Source of the DNA: Octopus sinensis
Lineage: Eukaryota
NCBI RefSeq assembly: GCF_006345805.1
Contig: NC_043015.1
Coordinates: forward strand, 36,208,001-36,272,000
Direction: 5' to 3'
DNA: 64,000 bases
Both the position numbers and the translations under genes were made by a program. Below the pieces are notes generated by a model that had not been told where the DNA came from, ran no database searches, and was given only the letters and a program-made list of their open reading frames with translations. Positions 26,150-41,180 of the stretch are shown piece after piece; positions within the stretch are counted from its first letter, which is position 1, and the number at the start of each line of letters is the position of its first letter.

Positions 26150-26999
26150 TCGCGTGTAAACTAAGTGCATGCGCATAACCTGTCAGATAGTCTGGGAACC
26201 ACTTCGAGCCCTTGGGTTTCTTGGTAACAGTGTAGGTGTGATAAGATGTGTTGCTCTACTGATCTAAGTGTCAGCATAACTGAATAGTGTTCGAATATAT
26301 TTTACTATGAACAACTGTAATTTCTGTGGAAGGAAACTACAAATATTCTTGCAAAAAATAAATGTTTAAGGTTACTATTTTAAATTATTTTTAGGAGCAA
26401 AAAATCGTTGCTCCTGAGAGACGCAATTTCGATCAAATTTATCGTAAAATTCGCCTTGAGTGGGACTTTTATTTTCACTAGACTACTTCTTCATCTAACA
26501 CTGGTTGAATGAGACACGAGACCAAAATTAGAATCTTAGTCTAAAAAAATTTACCAATAACTATAAATTAGAAGTGCGTTAAAAATAAAAGAGGAACATC
26601 AAGGATTCTCCTGTGAGAGAAACGAGAGATAAAATATAAAATGAATAAACAAATAAATAGAATTAGAGAAAACTTTATTTACATACTGCATCCAGGTAGC
26701 TTGAATATGGCTGTATTATACATTTCCCACGATCCAGACACTATGTACAGCCTAGAACATTTAGCATAATCATACATTACCGTTATATTTTTCAGCCATT
26801 TTACTGTTAGCTGCGTTTGTTTTCACGCGGGGAGGCATTATTCAACGTAACAGAAGGTCAGTGTCAACAAATAACAATTACAGCAGGTTGACGAGCTGAA
26901 CGCATGAGTCTTAAATTTTAAAGCAGACCGGTCCAACGCGGAAGCATTTATTACGTAAGGTTAGAGTGTAAAATAATCCCATGTCTTTGTCCATAGACA

Positions 27000-27687
27000 C
27001 CCGGGTTTGAAATTTTGGGAAGGTGGGGCAAATCCATTATATCCTGAAAGAATGAATGACGGCCGTTATCCGTGGAATTAAAACCTCAGTAAAGCAGGAA
27101 GATATGCCAGTAAGCATTGTAACTGGGCGCTGACGATTTGACCAGCTCGCTGCCTTCAGGATCACAATAATGTTTTTTTCTACTATAAGTACAATGCCCT
27201 AAATCTTGCAGTTTAGTGGTCTAGTCGACCCCAATGCAGAACTGGTACGATTCGAAGAATATGAAAAGTAAATCCGACCTCCGTAGCATAAGAAATCAGA
27301 ATGAAAAACCGGAAGAAATGTTTGTTTAGTAATTTTTCTGGCTCGCAATGTTAATGGAAACGATTTAGCTGATTATATCGACACTAGTAGTTGACTGGAT
27401 TTTATGAAACTCGAAACCCTGAAAGAAGAAATGCATTATTATTCGTTGCACTCAAAATTTTCTCAGCTCACTGCCGCCTTAATAATATATGAACAAGGTC
27501 TGAAATTTTGGGGTATCGCTAATCGATTATATTAACCCCGGTGCTTGGCTGGTACTTATTTCATCGATTCCGAAAGGAAGAATGGCGAAGTCGACCTCGG
27601 CAGAATCTGAACTCAGATCGTATAGTCGTAAGATATGCCATTAGGCATTCTGTCTTGTGTGTTAACGACTTCACTAGATCGCTGCCT
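27000..27687 (-). mobile_element. Cluster of minus-strand SINE family B copies (best preserved 27494-27687)
   Basis: ctggtacttatttcatcgattccgaaagg..gtcgacctcggcagaatctgaactcaga, with repeated head ends (ctcgctgcct) at ~27155, ~27480 and ~27687. Confidence 0.75.
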
Positions 27688-27730
27688 AAATAATAATGAT
27701 TTTTTTTTTTTGCCAGTATTTAGATTTTGT

Positions 27731-27950
27731 ACGGCGGCAAGATGCCCGAATCGTTAGCACCCTCGGAAAAATGCTTCGCGGCATTTCGTCCGTGTTTGTG
27801 TTCAGAATTGAAATTCTGACGAAATCGAATTTTCTTTCGTCCCTTTCGGGTTCCATAGAAATTGGTGCCAGTTGCGCTCTTGCATTAATGTAATCGAGTA
27901 GCAGCCTCCTTTGAGATTGCCGGCCTTGTGCCAAAATTTGAAAGCAATAT
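27731..27950 (+). mobile_element. SINE family B
   Basis: ggcggcaagatgcccgaatcgttagcac..ggcatttcgtcc..ggccttgtgccaaaatttgaaa. Confidence 0.8.
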
Positions 27951-28479
27951 TCTTAATTGTAGTACGTCGTAAATATAAACTCCATGTTGGTTTCTCATTT
28001 ACATGTTTAACATTATGTCAACAGCAACTGAAATTAATATTCATTTGTGAGATCTAAGTGTAAATTATTGTAGAAAATTAGTGGTGCTTAGTCGCAGATC
28101 ACTTGATCACCTTCGACAGAACCAAATTCTTGAAATATTTTCTATATTGTTAAATTTTATATTTATTTTATCATTTCATTTTATTTATTTTACAGCCAAT
28201 GCTTTTATGAATGGTGTGAACACCATGCATTACCATTGCAGCATTGAATATGTAACCTTGAAACGAAGCGAACATAAAATCTCCAGGGAGAAAGTGGAAC
28301 ACAGGAAGAGGGTGGAAGGATTCGGGAGGAAGAGTGATACGGGAGAGAAAGAGAGGAAGGAAGGAGGGAATTATAATAGAGAAAGAAGAGTGGGAAGAAA
28401 AGTGAGAGAGAGGGGGTAGTTTACGGATGCTAGATGGCGAATGGGTGCAAGAAACAATGATCCAGAGAGGAAGAAATGT

Positions 28480-28512
28480 GGTGTGTGTGTATGTATATAT
28501 ATATACATATAC

Positions 28513-28584
<72 letters not shown>

Positions 28585-28640
28585 CTGTGTGTCTGTGTGC
28601 ATGTATGTATATGCGTATGTATATACATACATATACACAC
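28480..28640. repeat. (TA)n/(TG)n microsatellite
   Basis: Direct runs. Confidence 0.95.
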
Positions 28641-29834
28641 ATGTTTAATTACACATATACGTATATATACAGAGAAAGAGAGAGCGGAAGGAAACGTCTT
28701 AAAATAAAATACTGTATCATATAGGAAATGTAATCACAATATACCTCTCTCTCTTTCTCTCTCTCTCTCTCTGTTTTGTAGTCGAACTTTCATTTCTTTT
28801 CCCGTCTCTCTCCATGTCTTTTTTTCAAATCTTCAGCATTCTCTTTTTCTCTCTGTCTGTATTTCTTTATTAAATCCAACGCTTTTCTCGCTTTCTAAAC
28901 ACGAACACAAACACCATTCTTATTTCCCAACTTTTCAATTTCCCCCTACCCATCCTCCACCTCTCTCTGTCATTCTCTCCGTCTCTCCCCCCTCTCAAAT
29001 ACACGCACACAAACACAAACACACACACACACACACACACACTCTCGCACTCCTAATCTGACAAACGAGTTAATAGCAACAATAAAATGAAGAAAAAAAA
29101 CTGATCAACCTGAGCTACAACAGCTTGAATGACAATAAACGCCACAATAACAACACCTCCATCACCACCACCACCACCACAACAACAGCAACAACAACAG
29201 CAACAGTAACGATTGTCATCATCAGCAAAGGTTCCAATAATACCATCACCACCACCATCACCACCACCACCACCACCACTGCCACAACAGCAACAACAAA
29301 GATGGCAACGACGTCCATCTCTTATCCTCTTTACACAGAAGTGACTTTTTGTCATCTAACATCCTTCCAGATTTTTATGAAGATAAAAGAGAGAACGTGC
29401 GCAGTAAAATTAACGTTTAAGGATTTGTTAAAAAAATATTATGAGATTAAAAATATAAAAGCGAAGAGAGCAAACCAAGAGAAAATATATAACAAAAAAA
29501 CCCCTCTTAATTCTGTTTTCCTAACATTGTTAAGATTTTCAATTTGTAATATTTTTTCAAAAAAATACAACGAAAGAAAACCAAGAAAAATTCCATAAAT
29601 TCCCGTAAAAATACACAGAACGAAATCTGTATTGAAACTGTTAAAAATTAAATATTAACAATGATGGATTTAAAATCTGGCAGCCATTTGCGCCTGTTTG
29701 AAAAAAAATTGCTCTTGTACTAAAATTCTATTAGGCATTTGAGTTCTTGTTGCTATGTAATTGTCTTGCACTGAAGGCTTTTTTGGTTGTTGTTCTTTAC
29801 TAAATCTCATATGTCACCATAACTCCACGTAATT

Positions 29835-29878
<44 letters not shown>

Positions 29879-30159
29879 GATGTCGGTAATGTTATTTTAG
29901 AGGAAAAAAAAATCCATATTGTTGGAAGCAAGGATATAATGTGGGAAATATTATCGCGTTTATGTTGAATTAGTGCCTAGTAAATGGACATTATCGAATC
30001 AAACAAAACTCATTATATTTTCTTTATCCGTAACTAAATTAACGCGCCTATGATGATTATGATAATCCGTATCTCACTGTTATGATCATCATAACTATAA
30101 AACCAATATAACTAAAATAAATCAATAAATACATGAATAAAAAATACAACGGGTAATAA

Positions 30160-30285
30160 CGGTTTCCATTTTTGACACAAGGCCAGTAATTTCGCGGGAG
30201 CGTGAAAGTCGATTAAATCGAACCCAGTGCTCAACTGGTATTTGATTTATCGATCCCGAAAGAATGAAAGGCAAAGTGGACATTG
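30160..30285 (-). mobile_element. SINE family B 3' half
   Basis: cccagtgctcaactggtatttgatttatcgatcccgaaagaatgaaaggcaaagt. Confidence 0.7.
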
Positions 30286-31658
30286 TGTATAATGATTTCA
30301 AATTTCGGTCTAACGTTAGCAATTTTGAATGACGTGGGTTGGGGTTCAAATCAATCTCATTGAATCCAGCGCTTATCCGATAACTTAAATCTGCTTCAGA
30401 CAAAGATTAACTCAGGCCATGACTAATAGCAGTCCTTGATCGAGTCTGTTATTTTAAAGTCAAGTCTTGTGACGCATTGAAATAAGGTGTTGTTAGTGAC
30501 TGAGATGTGTTCAGGTAAAAAGGGCTTGTCTGTTCTCCCTTCAAGACATTTGCTGAGGGATTGCTTGACGTTGATGGGATCTTTTTCTTCTTTGATTTGT
30601 TCTCGAATATTGTTAAATAGAGCAGATCCTGTTGAGGAAAAGAAATTGTGTTGCAGGGTAAATATAAGTTGTGAGCCTGAATTGTGTAGTGGGGAGGGAG
30701 TAAGTCGATACCAGGCGCCACCAGTACATGACTGGTACTACTTCTATTGACCCTGAAGGAACACTAGTCATCGTCGGTATTTGTACTCAAATCTATATGC
30801 ACTCGCTCTCCCTCTCTCTCTCACTCACTCACTCTCTTTGAGGTGCAATAATAGCGGAACATCCATATCTATCATTCCTGCTCACAACGCGGTGAGTGGT
30901 TCTCTACTGGCCAGGGGCATTCAATATTCTTTAACACCCGGCGTCGTGTCGGGAGATTTTCCAAATCGCTGTTGCACAGCAAATTGGCGCATAAACAAAA
31001 CACATACACTGTGTATGTGCGACCGATGCTGTTAATATATACAGCTGCTTTTGATTCGAAATTTAATTCGGCATATGTATATATGTGTGTGTGTGTGTGT
31101 GTGTCTGTGTGTATGTGTTTGTGTCTGTATGTATGTATGCCTATGTATGTAAAGAGTGAGAGAGAGGAAGAGAGAGACATTTTACGTCATAGAATTTAGA
31201 AGCCTGGAGTAGACGTGAATTAATTTGTTTTAAGGGTTTAATTCGATGTAGATATAGCTAGCGGGAAAATATTGGGTAAAAAACCCCAACACGTTTGGTA
31301 TTCCATTTATTTTCTATCCTTGACATTATTAAAAAATTTTGGCAGAAAGGAAAACGTGTTTTCCATAAAGTGGCCTTTTTATAATCTATTCACAAAGAAC
31401 TACATCTCACTGCGTCACTGTATATTTTTTAATCCAATCAGATTATGAAAAAAGTAAAGGATTCGCTGAAGCCAATATACCACGACTCAACTTCATTTCA
31501 ATCTCGGAGCAATTAATTATATGCCGAACTAGACACAAGATAATTAAAAACTGTACAACTTTTAGAAACACTAAATTTTAGAAGAAATTGGCGAAATAAA
31601 GATAGAAACGAAAGCAGAAACATTTACAAAAATTGAAATGGTATACGTAGGCTGGAAC

Positions 31659-31960
31659 TGTGGTTCTCAAACGTATTTTTTATCCAGAGACCCCTTAGAT
31701 TACTATTTTATTCTAGTAGACCCCTTACCCACTGGGATATTTAAAAACTAGTTTCATAAATACTTCTCTCAAAATTCCTATTTTGCTTCTCACACTTGTA
31801 AGTTTATTTATATAAAATGTTAGGGAAAGAAACCGAGATGTTCGTTGCAATGAACATACCTAAATCAAAATATTTCATGGACCCTTAAAATACTACCGTG
31901 AAACCCAAATATTCTTCTATGGGCCTTCTGGGGTCTCATAGATCCCTGGATGACACATAC
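31659..31960. mobile_element. Possible hAT (Charlie-like) non-autonomous element
   Basis: Begins gtggttctcaaac and carries repeated gacccc subterminal motifs. The right end is badly decayed. Confidence 0.4.
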
Positions 31961-32529
31961 GTTGCAATAAATTCCCTGAAATCAGGATCATTCTATAAAC
32001 AGGATCATTCTATAAACAGGATTAAATGCAAAAATAGACTGGTCCGTGTTGAAAGTACGATGTCAGTTATAATGAGTTAAGGTTTAACTGAACTGAAAAA
32101 GCATCGAATGAAATAAACAAAAACACAAAAGGGTTAACGTTTATGATATGGTGTGCATCTTGCAGAGGAAAAAAGGGGCATGTTTTAAAGAGAGACCTAC
32201 TGTCAAATGATGACAAAGAAATTGGGAAATGGAGGACAAAGATGGAGAACTGCAGTGATGTATTTGAATGGCAAGGGTTTCGAGCTGTTGGAATTAAAAC
32301 AATTGCAACATGGAAGACAGAGCCACTGAGAAACGCACAAAAGTGTCAAATTCATTTTTTTTACTTGCACTATGTTGTCAAAAGTTTCGTCTTTCGAAAT
32401 TGTGTCACTGAAAAGCGATATTCTACTAAGGATGTAGAAAAACAACAAACCATTTATCTAGTTTCTACTGAAAAAGAAAAAATTACTAAGCAGAAACTAG
32501 TTTGGTTTTAAATTTGGGGATAAAAAAAA

Positions 32530-32715
32530 AGAAAAAAACTGCAAGTTTGGGAGACGGATTAAGTCAATTACAACGACCACAGTGTTCAGGTTGTTTTCTT
32601 TTTATCGATCCCGAATGAACGAAATTCAAAGTCGGCGGAATTTGAACTCAAAATACACAGGCAGCTGAAAATCCTCAAAGCAGTTTAACGTAACGCGTTA
32701 AAGATTCTGCCCGCG
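32530..32715 (-). mobile_element. SINE family B, decayed
   Basis: tttatcgatcccgaa..gtcggcggaatttgaactca. Confidence 0.65.
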
Positions 32716-33039
32716 AAGAGTCTCACAAAGAAGCGACTATATTAACAAGAAAGATTTTGCTAAAGACATGAGGGCAGTTTACTTCAGAATGACAAAACCG
32801 AAAAGAAGCCGTAATTCAAACATATATTTAATTAAAAAGTAATCTTTTGCAATAATTATGCTTTAAATGAGACACTGCTGTTGCCGTTGTTTTTGCTGTT
32901 GATGCAGTTGTTGTGTGAGGCAACTGTTGTCGTCTGGATATGGCTGCTAGGCAGGAAATGACTGCTGTAAGTCTGGTGAATATGCTGTTTTTATGGTGGG
33001 CATTATTGTTTTTATTGCCGTTAATATGGTGATCGTTAT

Positions 33040-33240
33040 TAAATGCAGCAGAATCGTTTCCATTCCGGATAAAATGCTTACCAACATTTCGTCCGTCTTT
33101 ACATTCTGAGCTCAAAGTCCGTCGAAATCGACTTTGCTTTTCATCTTTTCAGGGTCGATAAAATAAGTATCAGTTAAGCACAGGTGTCGATGTAAACCTC
33201 CTCCGAAACTGCTGGCCTTGTGCCAGAATTTGAAATCGAT
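33040..33240 (+). mobile_element. SINE family B
   Basis: gcagaatcgtt..catttcgtccgtctttacattctgag..gggtcgataaaataagta..ggccttgtgccagaatttgaaa. Confidence 0.8.
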
Positions 33241-35429
33241 ATGGCGATCATTATTGTTGTTATTCTTAATATGATGGTTATTCGGTTGTTTTTCCTGTTG
33301 ATATGCATGTCACGAGTGACGCTGCCACTACTCGTGTTGCTTTTATTGAAAAGATAGTTATCTAAGAAGCTGTTGTTTTTTTTTATAATGTGACGGATAC
33401 GTGTGAGGTTGTTTACATTTTAGTTGTTGTTGTTCTAGTGGTGGTGGCCGTTGTCGTTGTTGTGGAAACATGAATGCTTGTTGCTTGTGGCTATAATCTA
33501 TTTTATTTTCTTCTTCCTGTTTTTTTTTTCACGATGTTTCTTCTCGAATTCCAATGTCAAGGAATTAAAAAAAAAACGCTTCAACATATATTTGTGTATT
33601 TTTGTTTATTTTTCACTTATAAAGTTTAAATGACAGAGATTAAAGAATAATGGAAAACAAAACGGAAAATAAAATATACACCAACTTTGGAGGCAGCAAC
33701 CACAATAATAGTAACACCAGAATTCACAGAAACTGCAAAAAAAAATTAAATAATAAAAAAGAGACAAATATAATAATTAAAGAATGACAAGTGATTGAGT
33801 GAAAATGAAATCGTTTTTTGTTAATTCAATTTTGTTTTTTCTAAGAGATTTAGGCTGACAAAAGATTATTAAGGGAGCTTTTCAATTGATGAGTGACAGA
33901 TCTGTGCGCGTATATACATGTGAACGTATGTATGTATTTATGACCTTGTGTGTGTGTGAGTGTGTGTGAAAAATAAGGAAGTGGACGTGTGTAGACGAAG
34001 AAAGATTCAGGGATGGAATGATTCAATGAAATAATTCGGTAATTAATGCGTGTGTTTGAAAAAGATAAGAGGATAGAATAAGGAGAGCGCAGGATAACAG
34101 TTAGTAAGACTGCTGAGGAGTTAAGTGCTAAGAAAGCGAGCTGAGAGTGAAGGAAACACGATGTTTTCCATAGATACATCTATAATGTCTGTGTGCGAGT
34201 GATTTTATGTCGTGTCGAGTTCACTGGGATCCCATTAACTCGTGTCCTTTACGCTCTCTGATTTCGATCATCCCTGCAACACATTTTTCTTCTTCATTTT
34301 CAGAATTCTGTATCATCCAGGACTGTAGTATACATCTTCGATAATGTCTAGCATTATTTTTTTACTATATAAAAGGTCCCATAGTAAGTATTGCTAAATT
34401 ACAAGACATTATTGGTTGTAATCCGCGAAAAGATACTGAAAGCAAGTATTTCTGAAAAAAAAAAACAACAAACAATTTCAGTGAAACATACCGTTTCATA
34501 CACACTTACATGTTCGTATATGTACATGTGTGTGTGTGTTTGCACGTGTAAACAGCGTATACATTTGTTGCCTGCATCACAAACCTTCGATCAATTAATC
34601 GATGTTTAAAAGGCCACATAAAGGCGGGAGAAGAGAAAAAACATGATTTTTTTTACAGTTACAAAGATGGGAAAATATCATCTTATCGCACGAGAAAACT
34701 TCTTCTATTCCTACTGACGATGAGAGCAGGAAATTATTTGGCCGAAATATAGGTTAAGTGCCTATTTTTTTAAAAATGTTAGCAGTTCATGATAATAAAG
34801 TATATCTATTGTTTATTTATGGCGTTTAGGATGTGTTCTAAACCGATCCAAATTGCATGTGATACTCTTCATCACAGTCACGTTAGTCGAGGTAAAAAGA
34901 AATTTGCAGAGAAAAAATACAAAACTGTAGTTGTTATGTCTATGTGGTGTGTTGCAGTTTCTATATAGTGTGATGATACACAGAATACTCAAGCGATCAA
35001 GGAAGGCTGATCCAAATGTATGCATCGTTTGAACACAGACTATAATGCAAAAGCCGAAAACGTCTGTGAAAGGATTTATTGGGAAGACAGCAGCACAAAA
35101 AGAATCTCCAGATTGTCGAGGTCAAAATCGTTTGGCATAATGACCTGGTTTTGAACTACTGAAAATAGTTGAATGCGTAGAAAGATATTTCACAATCACA
35201 GCAAAGCGATCTCTGCGTGGCCTACATTTCTTGTTCTCAATTGTCACTGCAAATAAAATATTTTGGTCTGTTTATGGAGGAGTTTATTGTGGAACTGCTG
35301 AAGGATAAATTTAAAAGATGACAGAAATGTCTAAACAACGGCGCACATCATAATGTCAGTTATTTATTCGTTTGCTTGTTCTACATTCAAATTCTTGCGA
35401 GTGCATGATTGGATTTCGGTTCTAACATC

Positions 35430-36200
35430 TTACGTTATTGGAGGATAATCTTCGTTGCAAGGCCGCTGACATAGCAGCACAAGTTGACGTCAGTCCCACA
35501 ACAGCTGTCAGGAATCTCCAAAAATTGGTTTACTATGCCAGAGCAGCAAGAAGGAAGACACTTATTCGACAAGCCAACTTCAAGTAGAGAAAAGATTGGG
35601 CCAGTGAAATGGCAGAAAGGCCACTAGCATTTTCGAACACTGTCATATTCTCTGATGAGTCCAGATTTGCTGCATTTCCTGACAGTGTTCGAGTGTGGGT
35701 CTGGAGACTCTGTGATAGGAATTTGGGGTGAAAATATTGCAGCTAACAATGAATATGGCAGCTATTCTGTGATGGTTTGGGGAACATTTTGGAGCAATGT
35801 GTGTTGGAGTGTGAAGGAAGCATAAACTCTGATAAATATGTGACCATATTATAGAAATGAATCTCTCCAATCTTCTCCAATGGTGAAATAATTAAAGAAG
35901 ACAATTTATGGAAGATGGGGCTGCTTCTCACACAGCTAAAATTACCCAAGATTTGTTGAATAAGAATTACATTAAAAAGCTTCCATATCCAAGCCAGTCT
36001 CCATATACGAAACCTATTGAACACCTCTGGGACATAATGGACAGGAAATTTCATGGAAAGAACAAGAAAGCATCTTGAAAGAGATTATAGCATGAAACTT
36101 GACAAGAAACTCCTCAAGAGAATATTAGTCACGTGATTAGCAACGGGCCAAATAGTGTTCTTGCATTGAAATAGTGCAAAGGTTATGCCTACTAAATATT
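35430..36200 (+). pseudogene. Tc1 (DD34E) transposase remnant
   Basis: LLEDNLRCKAADIAAQVDVSPTTAVRNL..ARAARRK..RKDWA..VIFSDESRF..VWVWR..VMVWG..FMEDGAASHTA..PSQSPYTKPIEHLWD across stops and frameshifts. Confidence 0.9.
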
Positions 36201-37826
36201 GAATATCCACATTAAAACAATTAATAAATAATCTGAATGTATAATTTCAGATTTAAATAAATGTTAATGATTATAAGGGTGTCGATTTCCTTCTGTTATG
36301 TTTGTGTATATATTTATGTGCTACTTGGAACAAAATATGTGATTTGTAAAAACATGACATGTTAATGAATATTTGTATATGTACAAACGTCCAGATCCCT
36401 GAATAAATTAATTTTTCTAATATATACATATACATACACACACATACACACACACATACACACACACACACATATATATATGTATATACATACAAAAACA
36501 TATACACATAAACACGTATGTTTATATATAAATTTGACCGAGTAAATTATTGTTTTCGAAAGTCCTCAGCTTATGTCTGGAAGGTCGGCGTGTCAGTTCG
36601 ACCTGGCATCCATGTCACCGTCTAATTTGACCGCTGTGTCTGCTTATTCCGATCGCTTACACATGAAGACGTTACATCTTTGACACAGTACGGTTTAACT
36701 ACTGGGTTCCTGCTGTCTCTTACAGCTATTTCCTATTTTTATCAATCTCTGAACTGCCTTCGGCAAAATCGTGTTCTGTTAGAGGCGGGAAGAGTTTAGA
36801 TCTGGTAATTAAAGCAGTATTGTTAGAGTAAGTTCTGAAATTTTTTATTCAGATCTGCTGTTGTTGCCTTCCTCATTCACACATGGATACACAAAAAGAC
36901 ACACACGTACATAGACTTAAACACACACATTTTCACCATCAAAATATTCTCCATGTCGAACCAACTTAGGAAACTTTTATGATGCCGCAGTAAATGCTAA
37001 ACACAGCAGTTAAATTTCCCGAAGTTTATATGCTATCACATTAAAGAGGAATAACCTTGATGAAGATATCGTGGTTCAGATAACAGTGAAAGACGGTAAT
37101 CAATGTTCTTAACAAGAACAATAAAACAACGGCAATTGCGGGAAAATAGCAAAAGCAGCAGCAATAGCAACAACAATCATCGTAAACAAATTGGAGATAC
37201 GTAAATCATCATCTGTTCAACAACTTTAAACTATCATGGATATGGGGTACACAAATCTTTACGCGATAGACATTCATGTAGATGTTTGTGTGTGTCTGTG
37301 TGTTTTGTGTGTCTGTGTGTTTTGTGTGTTTATGTGTATGTATGTATGTATATATATATATATACATACACACACACATGTATATATATATATATATATA
37401 CATATATAATTATGAGAAGTATATAAAAATGATATCCTTAAAAACAACACAACTAATTTGCGCTCTTAAGAAGCAATAAGAATATAAGGCAAGAATGGAG
37501 AGAATTTCGAGTCCCTTTATCAAATTAAGTTACTTCGCATCATAGCCATATTCATATACAGCATCAATTCAAGTAAAGGCATACAAACCATGAAAGCATA
37601 TAAAACACAAAAGTACCTGCTTTAAAACATTCGGTGTTAAGCATTCAAATTTTACGAATCGACGAAGCGGTTAGAAGGTAAGAATCCGAGTATACGATGA
37701 ATTAGGAAGAACATTTAGTGAGTACATTTTCTAACAATCGTTTCGAAAAATTGTGGTTTGCAATGGGCGAGTTTCCCATCCATGACAATTCACAAAATAG
37801 ACCACATTTCTCTCGTCTAATATTCT

Positions 37827-38037
37827 TTTCTACTCTAGACACAAGGCCCGAAATATTTGGGGAGGGGGCAGTCGATTAGATCAACATTAGTATGCAACTG
37901 GTACTTAATTTATCGACTCCGAAACGATGAAATGCAAAATCCACCATAGCGGTATTTGAACTCAGAGGGTAGAGACAGACGAAATACCGCCAAATATTTC
38001 ACCCGGGTTGCTAACGTTTCAGCCAGCTCGCCGCCTT
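37827..38037 (-). mobile_element. SINE family B, near full length
   Basis: Ends gctaacgtttcagccagctcgccgcctt, the reverse complement of the head; contains actggtacttaatttatcgac. Confidence 0.9.
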
Positions 38038-38069
38038 AATTTGTTCTCTATTATTGCCTTATACGCACA

Positions 38070-38070
38070 T

Positions 38071-38107
<37 letters not shown>

Positions 38108-38126
38108 TATAGATATATATATACGT

Positions 38127-38204
<78 letters not shown>

Positions 38205-38293
38205 TTATGTATATAGGTGTATTTGAGTGTACAGACATTCAAAATTACATATGTATATATTTATATATACACACATCTATATATATATATATA

Positions 38294-38341
<48 letters not shown>

Positions 38342-38352
38342 TGTGTGTGTGT
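38070..38352. repeat. (TA)n/(TG)n microsatellite
   Basis: Direct runs. Confidence 0.95.
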
Positions 38353-39056
38353 ATTCTTTCACTTATTAGTAGATTAACTTCTTCAGATTTAACATCTTGA
38401 AATGGATTTGCCACATATATATGGCAACTCTCTCTCCCTCATTACTCGGCGCACTTGATTATAACAATAAACGAATGGTTTTTATAAACCAGCCATTCAC
38501 TTTTAACTGAACAGTAAAACGACACAAAATATATTTATTTAGGAATGGATTAGAAACATGCTACATAAAAGTCGTCGGAAATTTACTTAATAAATTGATC
38601 AGCAATTCTTTAACTAAATCTATACAACGCTATATATATATATATTATCTTAGGAATTTTTAAAGAAAAGGAAAGTGAATATAAGGACAAAAATATAGAA
38701 AAAATGTGATGGAACGGAACACGTATGAATTAGCGATTAAATTGGTGCTTATAGAAGGCGTACATAATTCCTTGTAGTCATTCTCAACTGCATAAAACGG
38801 CAAAGAAAATGGGTGGAACTATTGGATAGAAATTTAATGCAGTACCATTTATCGGTGCCATAAAAAGAGGCGAAATTTCAGATATTCAAACATTGATATG
38901 ATTTTAATGCTTTTAGAACGTTTGCAGATAAGATGTGCGTACATATACATAGAAATGAATAAATACGTACTTACATACCTATAAAAATACATACATACAC
39001 ACACACATATATATATATATATACATATACGTAAGTGTATATTTGTATATATATAT

Positions 39057-39106
<50 letters not shown>

Positions 39107-40289
39107 AGTACATATATATACTTTTATAAATATATATATATGTATACATATGAAATATCAATTAAAGAAGCCTCCATATGCATTATTGGCATACAAATAC
39201 ACACGGACACGAATGCGTTTGCATAGAGCCATACATGTGTTCTAAGTATTTGTGGCTTTGTGGATTCATTTAATGTTGCATAAAGTATTTGTTATTTATA
39301 TTATTACTTAGTTTAATATAATTAACACCTTGCGAAAGCATTCAGACTTCCTGCTTCTTCTTTTACCTTTCTCTCTCCCCCTCTTTCCCCCTCTCTCCCC
39401 CTTTCTCCCCCCTCTCTCTCTCTCATTTTCGTTTTTGTATTCCCGTGTTGTATCTTCCTTTTCTTTTCATCCCCTCTTTTGATGCCATGTTTAAAACAGT
39501 TCTGCTTTTGATGGTAAGTCGTGTCTTTGATAGTCCTCAATACGGTTTTATTAGAAACATAGCTTGAATGAAACCATCAGAAGCACCAAAGCATATTTTC
39601 ATACTTTTACCATTGAAAACGGTTTCATTGAAATGAGAATATATAAATAAATACATGCAACCAAAACATTAAATAAAATGAAAAATTAAACAAATAATAA
39701 ATACAAGCAAAATATAAGGAAACACGAAAGCATCGCCAACAAGGACAACAGCAGAAGCAAAAGCAGCCATAATGATTTTTGTAATTAACAAAAAATAAAT
39801 ATATTTATAAACGTGCTGAGTGTTGGTTGGTATTTCAAGTAGCATTCACTGCGAAGTCAACATTTATTCTCGTACAATAAGCGTAGCAGTCGTAGAACAA
39901 AATAGCACCACTGCTGTACTACAACACTGCTACAGGGTTGGCGAAAAAAAGTTTCCACTACGGAAATCAAAATGGCTACGTCAGCGTCAACGTCAGATAG
40001 ACATTAACAACAACAACAACAGCAACAAAAATGAAGCAAAAACCACAAAAAAAGAAAACAAACCAAACAAACATTATTTTCCGTCTTTTCGGATATTTTA
40101 ACGATCAATTTCCCAAAAGCTATTCTATTGGTCGCTTCTATTCATTAAGATGGTCAATAACTATAAATGCGTGTGCGTATGAGTGAAGGTGCGCGTGTTT
40201 GTGTACGCATGTGTGTGGGGGTGCGTGAGCCCACGTGTTATAATAATACATACATACACACCCACACACACACATAAATGTACGGATAT

Positions 40290-40315
40290 GGATATATATA
40301 CATATATATATATAC

Positions 40316-40381
<66 letters not shown>

Positions 40382-40520
40382 TATATATATGTATGTATAT
40401 ATGTATATGTGTATGTATATATGTGTATATATATATATGTTCATGTATATATATATACATATATATATATGTCTGTATATATGTATATATATATGGGTAT
40501 GTATATATGTGTATATATAT
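40290..40520. repeat. (TA)/(CA)/(TG) compound microsatellite
   Basis: Direct runs. Confidence 0.95.
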
Positions 40521-41097
40521 GAATACCTCCGCGCGTACACGAACATTCATACATACTGGATGTATGTATATCGAAATTTTTATTTAGGAACTTGGAATAA
40601 AATTCTGAGACATCTGTGAAATCTGCATTTTACTACTGTACCCCCTCTGTCACTATACATATATTATACATGTGTGTATATGCATATACGCATACAAACA
40701 TATACATACGCGCACGCATACCCACACGCAGACAGACAGATATTCACATGCACACACATAGCCACGTGTGTATTACTTTGTTATTAATGTTCAATCAATA
40801 TGTAGGAATAATAATTTGCGTGTTTGTGCCGACGAGGTATCCATCACGTGGTGTTTCAATGAAGAGCGCCAGCCTTTTCTGAAGCAATGGCTGCAGTGAC
40901 ACACTTTATTGAATAAAAAAAAAACATCAACATAAATACATAATAAATATATTCAATAAGTGATTTGCATAGCATCAACATTTTATTGATACTTTCTCAC
41001 GTTGTAGTTTCTGTATATCCCTACGCGTGAGTGCGACGTATTTATATATGCAGAAGGTTGAACGTAGGCGCTTGTACATGCAGGTGTGTGAATGGAA

Positions 41098-41175
<78 letters not shown>

Positions 41176-41180
41176 ATATA

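Noticed and set aside
31984-32022. 17-bp tandem duplication (caggatcattctataaa twice)
   Set aside because: Ordinary slippage duplication with no further structure.
34705-34770. Hammerhead-like ctgacga..gaaa motif
   Set aside because: Helices I and II cannot be formed convincingly.
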